A stretch of DNA of 64,000 nt from Gnetum montanum (lineage: Eukaryota; Plantae; Gnetophyta), in the NCBI GenBank assembly GCA_015680685.1, contig MNCI01000472.1, positions 298,531 through 362,530 of the forward strand, written 5' to 3'. Every line of letters starts with the position of its first letter. Within the stretch, counting starts at the first letter, position 1. The notes beneath the pieces were generated by a model that was given only the letters and a program-made list of their open reading frames with translations, made no database searches and had not been told where the DNA came from. Below, piece by piece: positions 34,913-47,660 of the stretch. The translations under genes were made by a program, and so were the position numbers.

Positions 34913-37799
34913 TGTTGACAACCATTTGAGATGCAACCACCAACGAAGCTTCTTGAAATAAGGTTTAGTTGCTTATTGGTCTTTGGCAACACCAAGGCCC
35001 AGATACCTCCAAATAAACTCAGTAGTTATGAAATGTACTAGATGTGAGTACGTGTTTACTGTTGTAAATGTTGAAATGGTTGGTTCATGTATAAAATTGT
35101 AATCGGCTATCATAAAGAGATTCAGCTAACTTTGTCAAATACTGTGAATTGTTGGAGATTTCTATTTTGTTCAATAACTTAGTCTATATGGTCCTTATAA
35201 TACCTACTTGTAACAAATAAAATTTTACAAAAATATTTAAGAACAATTCTACTAATCTACTCCTAATCTCCACCAAAGAAAAAGTTATACAAGAAAACTA
35301 GAAATAGAGTGAGATTCAATGGACTTAGAAAGAGAAAGAAAAGAAAGTATATTTGTGTAAAACCTCAAATATTTAAGCAGGATAAATTAATACAAGTAAA
35401 CACTTTATAATTAAGCTATTCCTAATTCAATAACTACGAATTTTCTAAATGTTTTAAGCTCAAGCAATTTCATAAAGACAATCTTGTTATACTACCAAAA
35501 ATTGTTGCGTAAGAAAGAAAGTACGAGTCTATATTTTGGCTAGTTAATAGATGTCAAAGATTGCATTCAATAGAGCTTTCAAAAAATTTGACAATTTCTT
35601 GATTGAAATACCAAGGCAATAAAATTTAAAAATAAAGAAGCCAGTTCAGTCCCATCAAAATACCAAATATTTTCCTAAATCTTCTATGCTCAAAATAGGC
35701 AATTTCATTAAGACACTAGTATTAAATTGCTCTTAAGGCTTCCAACAACATGAGATCTTCTATGGAAAATTTTATAACAATCTAATATTATACAAAAATA
35801 GAGCTATAAAAGCAACCTAGGATAAAAACCAAAATTAAATGCCAAGCATGATACTATATAAACCATTAGCTAAGCAACTAAAACAAAATGGGAAGAAATA
35901 AATTCATAGGATTAAAACAAAGTAGCCAAATTGATGTCTTCAACAAGCCATCTTACAAGAATTCTTTAGATGTCTTTTCCAAAATCTTCTTAAAAAATCC
36001 TTTCCAAATCTACCTTTGAAGGTCCTTTTATATTGACCTTAAGGTAGTTACAATAATCATGAAAAGTTATGGGTTTTACAAATATCTTAGGCACATAAAT
36101 TTATAACCACCTTAGGAGTTATAGCTTCCATGAGAATTTTAAGCCACATTTGGTAAGTGTCTTCTTGGTAATGAAAAGTTAAATTAGCCATAAATATCTT
36201 GGAGTTTTAGTTGTAACTATCATAATAAGTTACAAATCCCATGAGGAATTTCAAATCCAATAGAGAATTACATTTATCAAATGTCTCAATCATACAAATA
36301 TCTCATAAATTTCTCCTTTCTGTAAGTAACCATATTTTTCCTCTCTTTTGTATATGTAAATTATTATAAAAACCCACATCATATCCTTATGTCCATATTT
36401 TTAGTACAAACTCTTTTGCATTAGTACACAAACCTTTTTACATTGTTCTAACATTTGATCATATTGCTTTTCACACATGTGACAGGTGTCAAAATGAGGG
36501 TTTTCATTTTGCTACATTGCATTTGTCATTTTCTTGGTGCTACAAATGTTGTTCTTTGTAAGTGTAGGTAGCAACAACAATTTTTTGTGGTAGAAACCCT
36601 GGTGGCACATTTGGAAGCAAAGGTAGTTTTTTCCTTGGGCTCCATCACCATCGTTCTAGGAATGATTGTAGAGTATGACCTTTTTAGATTTTCTTGCATC
36701 ACATATATTTTCAAACAATGAATTAAGCTCTACACTAGTATTAGTATTATAAGAGATAATTCTCTTGTCTAGGCTTCCATTGGTTTCATCGTTTAATTTT
36801 GGTGCTTACAAGGAGCTTTTTTTTGTTTTGTAGTTGCAATAACCAATGGCTTTGATTTTGCAATGGCAAAGTAGCTGGTTCAAGGTGAATTTAAATAAGA
36901 GGCATGACAAGAGGCAGGATCTACCACTTGTCTCCAATAGGTAGGGCCATCTTAAGATGAACGTTGTGGTTGTTTCTTGTTAGGAATCTTAATGGGACTG
37001 GTTGCAACAATCTTGGCTACTGAATCTTCATAACTTTTGAAAAATTCTGATATTTTTTAAAATCCATTTTTAGTGTAATTTAACTAGGAAATGGTAATAC
37101 ACAAGATTGACCAATTGTTTGTTTTTTCTTCTTTTTATTGATTGCCTTGTAATATTGATGGCACAACGTTTCTATGAAACTTCCCATTTTTTTATCATTT
37201 AATTAAAAGTTGTATGATATTGTAGAGGTGATCTTTAGATATATTATGGATAGATATGAAACTTGAAATACCTAGCAGTAAATTACATATAAAATTATTC
37301 CCTCTCATTTAAAATTCATGAAAAATAGTTCAGTAAAATTAGATACTTGAACATCATAATCCTCCAAACAAAGAGTCATTTTGTTGATGTAACTCTTAAC
37401 CTTCATCACATCAATTAGTGCAATACATGATAATATAAACACTATATTTTCTTGCAAAAATCAACATCAATAATCATGAGTTTTCCTAGATTCAACGTTG
37501 TTGGAGTTTGCAATCTTGGAAACTTCCAAAACAATATAATTTCTACATAACCTTTGCAACAATCAGTGTACATAAACCAATTGGAACTTTTCATTTTTTC
37601 CACCTAAAACAATTTCTTTTTCAATCTTTTTAGTGGGAGAATCTAGTTTCATGTTTTTAGATGAAATCCCACTCAATTCAAAATTCATATTAACTTCCTA
37701 AGACACTTCTCATAAATTCTTAGATGTATCAATCTCATTTGGTTATTTAACTACATTAGCTTCAAGTGCTACTCAATGGAATGGTTTGATGTGACAACA
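34913..37799 (-). repeat. 5' LTR of E
   Basis: TGTTGAC...GACAACA termini, flanked by a PBS-like sequence and the TSD. Confidence 0.8.
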
Positions 37800-40640
37800 G
37801 ATATCTACTTGTAAATCTTCATAAATAAAAGTTAACATGACATTAATTTAACAAATTTTCCATTTCAAGTTAGCATATATGTATATCATTATCCTAAATG
37901 TAACCATTTTTGCTGTAGAAGAGAATTTTTCTTCATAGTTAATACCTTTAATTTGTAAAAATCCTTTTGCAACCAGTCTTACCTTGTATTTATCATATGT
38001 TCCATCTTCTTTCAACTTAGTCCTAAAAACACAATGATTCTTAAGAATTATTGTTCTTTTGAATATGAAACTAATTCACATACTCCATGTTTTTCCATCA
38101 TTGCAGTTTCTACCTCCATTGCCTTCTTCTAGAGATCCATCATAAAGGCTTGTACAACTAATTTAGAAATCTCTTTGTCAAGTATTGTAATGTTAGTAAT
38201 AATATCATTACAATGCAATTCATTATGTTGAATTCTCATAAGTCTTTGTTTAGTTGTATCCAAACTTTCCCGATCTCCCAGATTTTTAATTATCTGCTTC
38301 CATTCTCTAGATCTCGTTATCTTGATAGCTTTAGCATTTTCAATGTTCCTAGAATTATTTTCTATGGGCGAATCATCCAAGGGTCCTTTCTATGTTTTGA
38401 TTATCATGTTGATTATTAGGAATGCACTCATCTATGCATACTTCTAAGTAATGATTAGTACTAATTTTAGTATCATCTTTGTAAGTTCATTGTTGGATCT
38501 TTCTTCTAATATTTCTTCTTTGTCAAATACCATATCTCTAGTAATTACTAATTTTTCTAATTTAGAACATACCTTATAAAATATCCTTCAATATCATTTT
38601 GTATGTAGACCATACCCTACAAAATACCCTTCACTTGGGTGTTTGCTTAATTTAGTTTATGATGGAATATGATAGTACACTCTACTATTAAAAATTTTGA
38701 AGTGTTTTAGATTGGATCTCTTTCCACTTCACACTTTATCAAGATACTTAAAACATAAGTATAATGTTGGACTTCTATTAATAATATGTACTTTAGTTCT
38801 GGTAGCTTCTCCTGAAAAACTTTCATCTAGTTTTGATTACACTAATATACATTGAACCATTTTACCTATTATTTGATTATTATATTCTTCTACATAATTA
38901 TATTCATGGTAGTATGGAATAGTCTTTTGATGAATAATCCCTTCATTTGTAAGGTAATCTTGAAACTTTTTATTCATATACTTTGTTTCATTATCAATTT
39001 GTAACTGCTTGAAAGTTTCAAGAACTTTATTTTTGAATTTGATGATATATACCCAAAGTTTGTGTGTGTAGTCATTGATATAGGTTATAAAATATTTATC
39101 TCTACCCAATGATATTACAATGTCATACAAACCCACATCTAAATGTATAATCTCTAGCACAGATTTTATAGTAGTATTTCTTGTGCGTGAAAAGGTGGTT
39201 TCGGTTTGTTTACACATGGAAAATGATTTACATAATATATCACTACTTAAGTTTAGGTGAGATAATCCATGAGAAGATTGTAATAATTTGGGAATGTATC
39301 CTCTATTCATATGACCAAGTCTAGCATGACATAGTTTTTCTTCTTGAGTTTTATGAGTTGGTGTATAGATAACCTCTCTAACTAAATGTAACTTGAATAC
39401 TTCATTTGCTTCTTTGGTTTTAACTATTTTCTTTTGTGATCCACCTTCTAATCTAGTATATTTAACATTCTTACTTTGATCTTTTTCAAAGATAATCTTG
39501 TGTCTAGCTTTCCCCAATTCTAATACTAACAATAAATTATGCTCTTTTAGTGCTAGGGTATAATATACATTGTTAATCCAAATTAATTAGTCTACAATCT
39601 TCATATTGATGCCTTCAATGCCTATGTACTTGCATATAGCCCCCTCTAGGTGTCATAGCTTCACCAACATTTATACTGGATAGATTCTTGAATAGCTTAT
39701 GATTCCCTTATACATGTTTGGAACATCTAAAATCAATGCACTAAGTATTAGGCTCCACTTTAATCACGTTATCTTTGTTTGTAACATCTTTAATGATAGA
39801 GACTACTTTATCTTCAAGTAGATTAGCTTCATTCTTGTGATAATTACTTTGATTATCATTATTGTTCGTATTTCAATTTTGTCAATCCATATTTTCTCTG
39901 ATAATTCTTCATTGAACTATAAAGGATTCTGAAGATTGAACCAATAATCCTTAAGTTCGTATTCTCATTTTTTACAAATAGAATAAGTCTTGACTTGATT
40001 AGAATGATTATCAAATCTTGATCCCTATTTATCATCGTAATGCTAATTCTATATTCAACATTCTTCTTGTCTATTCCTTGGAATGTACATAACGTGTTCT
40101 ATATTCTTCAATTTTTTATAAATCCATCTTAGTTTCTTGTAACTACAGTTTGGCTATTAATGTTGGAAAATATGGTTTTTCCCCCAAGGCATCAAGTGCT
40201 TGGGTAAATCTTTTATACATGTTATGAAGTTCTCATAAGAGACAACTTACTCTTCTTCATTAATTACTTCTTCATCTCTACATTCAAGCTATAATATGAT
40301 TTCTTTCATATCCTTGATGAAGTTTGTGAATTTTTTATCTACACCCATTTCTTGATCTAAGAATCCAAACATCTAATATAGGTATTCCCAAATCTTTATA
40401 GTTGTGTTAATCCCATAAACCAAATAACACACCTCACCTGATATACTTGTATAAAGAATTCTTAGAGCCATATCATTTTAATCTCTTTTCCAGTCATCAT
40501 CAAGTTGGAAATTGAAATTAGAAACAACATGCCATAATCTACTTGCTCATAAAATAATCATCATCCTTTGTTCCTAGGTTGTATAATCCTTCATCATAAA
40601 ATTTTAAGTATATATAATTGTAATCTTATTTAATTAATGA
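37800..40640 (-). pseudogene. Copia D gag-protease-integrase-RT(N-terminal) remnant
   Basis: ORF 38837-39532 has LCHARLGHMN, LEIIHLDV, YFITYINDYT (GAG-pre-integrase/rve); RT YKVRLVAKGF near 37970; INT precedes RT. Confidence 0.88.
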
Positions 40641-40780
40641 CCTCAAGAGATTTTTTGTCTTCATCTTTCAATATTATGATGTACATGAAATTGGTCACAT
40701 CTTCAATATTTTCATTTCTATTTTCCTAGGAGATTCTTACTTATTACTTTATCTTTTACCTTTTCCTTACTCTGATACCA

Positions 40781-41317
40781 TGTTAAACTTAACATAACAT
40801 TGTATAGAACAACTTAGTAAGGTAATGGAATAAAGAACTTAACACTTTACAATACGTTCATAATACTATAAGAGTTTTGTAACTGGTAACTCTTTCTGGA
40901 TCAATTCTTCTAAAGAACTTTGCTTTGATCTTTTTATCATAATAATTTGTTTCTCTTGGATAACTTTTATAACTACACTTGTATACTTTAGAACTTTTCT
41001 AAATTAACTTGCTTACAAACTTAGGACTAGTTAGACTTTTAATTTCATGAAGACTCATGACTCACTCAGATGACATAATGGAACACATACATTATGAATT
41101 CATAAGATTATTTTAATTATTCTTTACGAATTATTTTGTTTCATAACAAAAAAACTTATGAATGAATTTTTTTCGTAATACACAAACTTATGAATGACTT
41201 TGTCATGTTAAAAATTAATACTAGGAGTAAGAATTTGACTCACTGTAGTTAAGAATACTGACTTAACTCAATATGACACTTTACAAATCAAGACAATGTA
41301 TAAATTACTATCTAACA
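40781..41317 (-). repeat. 5' LTR of Copia D
   Basis: TGTTAA...CTAACA, adjacent to the PBS. Confidence 0.88.
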
Positions 41318-42514
41318 ATTGTTATTGACTAAGAAGGAGAATGAATCAATCCTAGTAGTTGTCGACCTACTATCAAAGATGTTTCAATTTATATCCTTAA
41401 GATCTATCAACATGATAGATGAATTACTCTTGTAGTTTATATGAGAAGTATTTCATTTTATGAATGTCCCAAATTGATCATATTATACTAAGAATCAAAG
41501 TTCATTTCAAAATTTTAACAAAACTTTTCTAAAAAGCTTGGAACTTAATTAAGGTTTAGCATAATGTACCACTAAGAAATAAATGGTTAAATCAAGCAAG
41601 TTAATCAAATTTTGAAAGACATTTTAAGAATTTATGTTTGAAGTAGATCCACAACTTCAAAAAATTACTTACACTTGGTAAAATTCACTTGGAATAAAAA
41701 TTGTCAAGGATTGATTCATAGGACCACATTCGAAGTTATGTATGGGTAAAACTACTAAACATCATTAACTTAGGCTAATCCTACATTTAGAGTGGAATAG
41801 AAAGACGAAGAATTAAATATTATAGAAAACATCATTATGAAAGTAAAACAAAACTTATAAGCAACCCAAGATAAATACAAAGGATACACAAACTAACATC
41901 ATCTTAATAAGGACTTCTAGATTAGTGATTAAGTATTGTTGCGATTCAAGCCAAAACAAAGTTCTTTAAAGTTAGAAAAATACACAAAATTGGTCCCTTG
42001 ATATTGTGGATCCTTTGAAATTTTAGAATGAATTGATGAAGTAGCATACTAATTAATCCTCATAGCAAACCTAAAAATCCATATTGTATTCCATGTTAAC
42101 CCATTGAAGAAATTTGATAAAAATGGTGTATCCTATGTACTAGAATGAAAGAAACTACCCCTAAAATCAAAGATGAGTTTCAAATTTAAACATCTTGCAA
42201 CAAAGATCAAAGAATGAAGAAACTTTAAAATAAAACTATTACAAAAGTATGCATTCGATAGTCAAACTATGATCAAGAAACATGAGAAAACAAAGAGTTC
42301 ATTCTAAATTCTTATTCTCATCTTTCTGAACATAATGATAATTAATAAACTTATTTATTAAGTTAAATAAGTATTATAAACTAATATAAATAGTTTTATG
42401 CAAATGATAATAATGATGTAGTTAAGATGATGAGCAAATGAAAAATACAACTATTGAGCAATTAGATATCTAAGAGGAGCTCGAAGATGAGCACGTCTCT
42501 TAAGGAAGGTAGAT
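41318..42514 (+). pseudogene. Element B segment 3 (integrase core, chromodomain remnant, PPT)
   Basis: SILVVVDLLSKM, YCGSFEIL, IVFHVNPLKK, decayed chromodomain near 42250; PPT AAGGAAGGTAGA before TGTAACA at 42515. Confidence 0.8.
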
Positions 42515-43733
42515 TGTAACATCTCATTCCTAATTACATAGTGGAGTTGTATTATATGTAAATAATATAATTAACAACTAAATGAAGAGTTTCCTCATTA
42601 TGAGAAGTTTTAATCATTTGTGATACCCTTTAGGGATTTGACCTATGGCATTTAGGACTGGCAACTTAGAAGTCATGCTTGCATGGAGTTGTAGAGCTAA
42701 CAATGGTAATATGAGCCAAGTGAAGTAGGATAAGAAGGGACAAATCATTCCTTCAATCTTAGGACATAATTGTGGTGGAAGTGCTAGATTGCCTCTAAGG
42801 CTCCTAAGTATCACAAGAAGACAACCTTAAGGCTATTATTATCATCATCATCAAAGTTATTTTCTTCTTTATCCATTTAATTGAAATGTCATTATTTTCT
42901 ATTATTCATATTATTTAGGTTAATAATGAAAATTTTCCATTATCATTGACATTTAAAATTGGAATATCACAATTAGGCTCATAATTGACTCAATAGTAGA
43001 TCTTATCTTCCTATTTAGGAAATTGGATTCTAACTCACTTTTACATTTTAACTAGATACTGTTAGTTTTCTACTAAAGGATGCTTGGATGATATCTTCAT
43101 CTATCATATCTACAATGTTCATCATGGGTTATGATGGTTGTTCATCAGAACTTCCATGAATCATTAGAATCCATGTCTTACTTCACTTACAATGTTCAAC
43201 CTTTTATTATCTTTTTCTTTCTTTTCTTTTCTTTTTCATCTACTTATGGATTTCTTAATTACTTTTTATTCTTCTTATTCTTTTTCTTATCTCTTACACA
43301 CCTCATAAAAGAATAATACTTCTTGATTTTGTAAGAGGGTTATGATGCTTTCAAATTAAACATTATGATCATATATTAAGAGTGGTTATGAATCATCACA
43401 TGAAGTTACAAAACTAATGATTGTATATAACTACTTACTTGAAGTCTAACACTCTTCTTCAAGCATTAGCTTCATAAATTCATTTGTTACTTTTGCAAGA
43501 ATTCAATGAGCATGACGAATTATGAATATATAATTATCTTCATGATGGCTAATCACAAAGAATCATACACATGTAAATAGGCTCCCCTTCACTTCTAAAT
43601 TTTTTGATAAAGATAAAAAATAAAAAAATTATATCACTACATCCTAGTCTTATTAAATTTATGTTTGTTAGAAATGGTACAACATTTGAGGAGTTCCAAT
43701 GATTAGGATGGTCAAGTATTCATCCATCTACTT
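42515..43733 (+). repeat. Probable 3' LTR of B (right boundary unresolved)
   Basis: Begins TGTAACA after the PPT; no partner LTR in the window. Confidence 0.5.
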
Positions 43734-44572
43734 TGATGAGCAGCGAGCAATCCCTATGCCCAACCATATGAATCACTAGCATTCACTAAGCAAACTGATC
43801 AAATTTTATAGACTTTAGCTTTCTATGTACACTAGGACTAGGTAGTGAATCTAATGGATGTGATCGTTGTCTTCTCAATTTCACTTGTGAAAGTGCAAAG
43901 GTATAGTTAAGTGTAACTGAGGTATATGATTTTTATCATTTTATGTTTTTCATTAATTCTCCTAAGTGCTTAAGATAAATTAATTAAGTGTTTAACTAAT
44001 CTAACTAACTAATCCTAACATAAGAATTTGTTCCCACTTTCTATACACATCCTAAACACATTGCAATGCTACTAGGTTATCAAGCATTAGGCATTACTAG
44101 GATTACCAAGCGTTAATGTATGCTCAAAGTGGTCGTACTTATGTGTATTAATTATCCAAAATTAATTAATTAATCAAATGCATTAAAGTAAAATACATAA
44201 ATAATAAATGCGTAAAGTAAACATTAAGCTAAGTCCAAGTGTTGTAAGGTTCATGAAGAAAGCTCATCTTTATTGCCATTCGCATTGAGGTGCTTAAGTA
44301 CATCAGTGCTTGAATAAATATCCCTACACTTCTCACTCCTACTATGGGAACTTTAATATTCTAACTTTGGGAAGACAAAAATGCAAGAGTTTAGCTAGCA
44401 ACTAATGTTTCAATGCTATAAATGTGGTGGATGTATGCATATTTATAGGTAAAAATAGACACTGCATTGACGTATACGCATCAACACAGCAAACCATGCA
44501 TCAATGCAATTGAGTTGACGGGATCACATCGACATGATCCTATTGATGCAAGTGAATGAGAATGACTCATCA
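43734..44572 (-). repeat. 3' LTR of H (839 bp)
   Basis: Terminal 40 nt align with the C LTR end; rc CATGGGGGTA precedes it. Confidence 0.85.
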
Positions 44573-46299
44573 TACCCCCATGATAGAATGAAAACTCATC
44601 CTCAAGTGAACAAACAGAGAAACAAGTGTCTTGCAAAATTTTAGGCAAGTATGGGATTATTGACTAACTAACTGACACACAAACTGACTCAAACAAATGC
44701 TAGGTGCCCAAGTGTATGAATTTATAATTTTTACAAAAATATGTATTCATGACAACAAAATTGAACACCATGATAAAAACTAACAATACAACTTCCTTGG
44801 TGGCTTGAAGAAGAGAAAGAAAATCAAACGATCCCAAACAATGGAGGTTCCTAAAATGCCTACCTCTAGTACATGCAACTATTATGGTTGAGGCTATGGT
44901 TGTGGCTATTTGACTATAGTTGCAACTACTAGTGGAAGACAAAACGAATCCAAAAATGCTTGCAAATTCTCCTCCTTACTCTGAGAATCATACATGGTCC
45001 ATGCAGCATCACCAATGTGGGCTAGTACAAGAATATCCCATGGACAAGTCATTACAAGGAACTACTCCTTAACATTGGTGAACTATACTGCAAATTTTTT
45101 GTATTCCACATCAATGCCTTGAGTACAATTTATAGTTCCTAGCATTCATTCATTCCTTGGGCTAGGTTCCTAGTAGTTGATCTCTAATCAATGAAGAACC
45201 CTCTAAGAACATCAAGTTAAACATTTACCATTTCTAGCTTATTCTTGGTCTCCTTGTGATGCATGAACATGGCCTGATACAAGTATGAGCTAGTTACATA
45301 CTTCTCCAATTCTAACCTTGGCCTTTTGGTAGTTAGAATTTCCAAGTTTTCGTATCAAAGGTTGATAAGCTCTATGTATTTTGTCATCTCCTTAATTTTT
45401 AAATTCTTAAGGTGGATTTCTATCTTATTGTATGCATTCATTCCATCAAAGATGGGCTACCACACATCATCTCCTTGTTGGAGCTATTGGAGGACCTCAT
45501 TCACCTGTGCCCTTACCATTTAATCTCTTTTTCATTGATTTCTTTTTAAAGGTAAACTTGGTCTCTATAATGGTTCTTGATCCTTTCAAATTTGAGGGTC
45601 TTGTTCTTTTAGGTAGCGATCTCAATTGTAGATTTTTGGCAAAGGACATAGACCTCCTCCATCGAGAGATTATGGTTTTTGGTGATCAACCTCCTCAGAT
45701 CCATGGTCACCTTAGCAAGTTGCTCCTATTTTTGTCTCATTTATTCAATCATTTATTCTTTCTGAAGCTCAACATTATGCAAGTGATGATTGTCCTTGGT
45801 TAGAATGGCATTCTCCTAGTGAACCTTCAACAAGTCCTTCTAAATGTTGTAGATGGTGGCATTTACTAAGAACCAGTCGAACATTGTCAACTTCTTTATG
45901 TACACATCCTCTTGATGTTTGGACTAAAGCTACTAAAAACCTTCATCCCTATTTATACCTCGGCTAAGTATAGTGGGATTAGCAAGGAGATCTCTAAGTT
46001 TTACAACTTCCATAGCCAAGTGTTGATTCTTAGCTCTAGTTATTTCAAGTCAATCCTCTGCAATGATGCACTTGCTCTTTGCCTTTAATAAAGTTGACTA
46101 GGTAGCAGTGATATCATCTGAAAGGTCAAAGACATTTAGAATCGATTATCGAGTTACCACTAATTGTTCTAGTAACTCCTTGTGCTAGGCTACACTAAAT
46201 CTCCCACTTGGCACTCCTACGGACATCTACACATCTCTGAATATAGCACTATCTAGCATAGATGTTGCATGAACATTAAGGGCTTTGGCCACTCTATCA

Positions 46300-47660
46300 A
46301 CCACCACCTTGGCCGTTGTTTCCTACCCTTGATTTACCATCACCAAAACAATTACTCCATCACCTTACTCAAAGCATATCAAGAAGGTAGCAATGTTTCT
46401 AAAGATTTCTAGAAATTGCTGCTATCTAGAAATGGACATCGTTACCTCCCAGGCACTAGGATTCGAGGGCATGGATGACTACATTCTTTAGGTAGAGAAA
46501 GTTAACACTGTGTCTTCCAACCAGCTTATAGTACGAGTTATCTTATTCAAGTGACCAAGGGCTGGTCAGTAGACAAACAAATCACCACTTGGAAATACTT
46601 GCTACTATTGCAAGAGTTGCTCATGAAGCTTCTACATGCACTCCATGGTAGCATGAGCCTTTAGCATTGTTTCATTAGTGGATGGTGGTGGTGGTTGATC
46701 CTCTTCTTTCATTATAGTAGGAACCTTATCTTTCATCATTTCAGCCCAAGAGGCATTAGGAGCATGTGTGAGTGTATCATTGGAATAGCAAGCTATTCCT
46801 CTTCTTTTGCACAATTTTTTGATGAGGCATGGGAAGGAGAGTGCCTTTCTCCCATGCTTATTTTTCTTGAACTGCTTCTCTATATTAGAATAGATCAGCT
46901 TTGGAAGGTTGACGGGGAATTTCCCACTTAGAGCAATGTAAGCATGGGTAGAAAAGGTTGTCATCTTCCTCTTCCTCACCATCGAATTGAGGTGGTAAGT
47001 TGCTATCTTGAAATAGGCATGTTCTACCATTGCGAGTGTACCATACTCCTTATGATCCACTCCATAGCATTGCTTAACCCACTTCTTTTTGACCTCTAGG
47101 TTCACTTGTGTTAAGATCTCTGCCAAACTGGTTCCATTTTTATGCAACCCAAGTTCCTGAGAGATGGCCTCCACCAAGCAGGACACATTAATGTCCTTGA
47201 TCTTCACAGTGATATCTCACTGCTTGTTGTTCCAGAAGAGATATGTCTCTCCCATGTACCACTTCTTGCTAGATGTGATGATGGGCCACATGGGATAGCT
47301 TTGAAACTACGTTCTAACATCTTCTAGGGCAAAGACTAAGAAGGAACCAAAGTTTAATTCTTGGAGAACTGAACATTGGATATCCCTAGACTAAATTTTC
47401 CTAGGGTAGACATTTGTCAATGTGACCTCAAGGCTTGACCTTCTTTCTAGTGCCTCATCCTAGTGGGATTACTTTGTTTCAACTTGAGGAATTTGATGAA
47501 TAGATTCCACTTTGGGCTCTTTCCAAAGAGGTCCCATTGCATGGATTTTAGCTACCTACTCTTGGGCTTGTTCTTATTAGTCCCTTCTAGTTCTAGGTCG
47601 CTTGTCCCTTGGTTGGGATGGTCTTCTTTCTTGCAAATGCTTAGGTCTTGGTGTCCTCTA
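46300..47660 (-). pseudogene. Athila env-like / extra ORF remnant
   Basis: ORF 46632-47207 with PVNLPKLIYSNI and LSFPCLIKKLC motifs typical of Athila accessory ORFs; lies between pol and the 3' LTR. Confidence 0.65.

Larger units (their letters stand above)
17516..37799 (-). mobile_element. Element E: Tat-lineage Ty3/gypsy with ~2.9-kb LTRs, inserted in D RT
   Basis: TSD GATAC/GATAT (17511-17515, 37800-37804); D RT reads ...DLQVDI|IYM across it; 17516-19407 matches 34913-36799; PBS-like rc TGATGCTAGAAGGGGGAC near 34888-34905. Confidence 0.8.
15723..41317 (-). mobile_element. Element D: old Ty1/copia retrotransposon inserted in B integrase, containing E, F and G
   Basis: LTRs 15723-16226 and 40781-41317; TSD ATTAT/ATTGT; PBS (rc TGGTATCAGAGT) at 40769-40780; B integrase reads through across the insertion. 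Confidence 0.85.
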
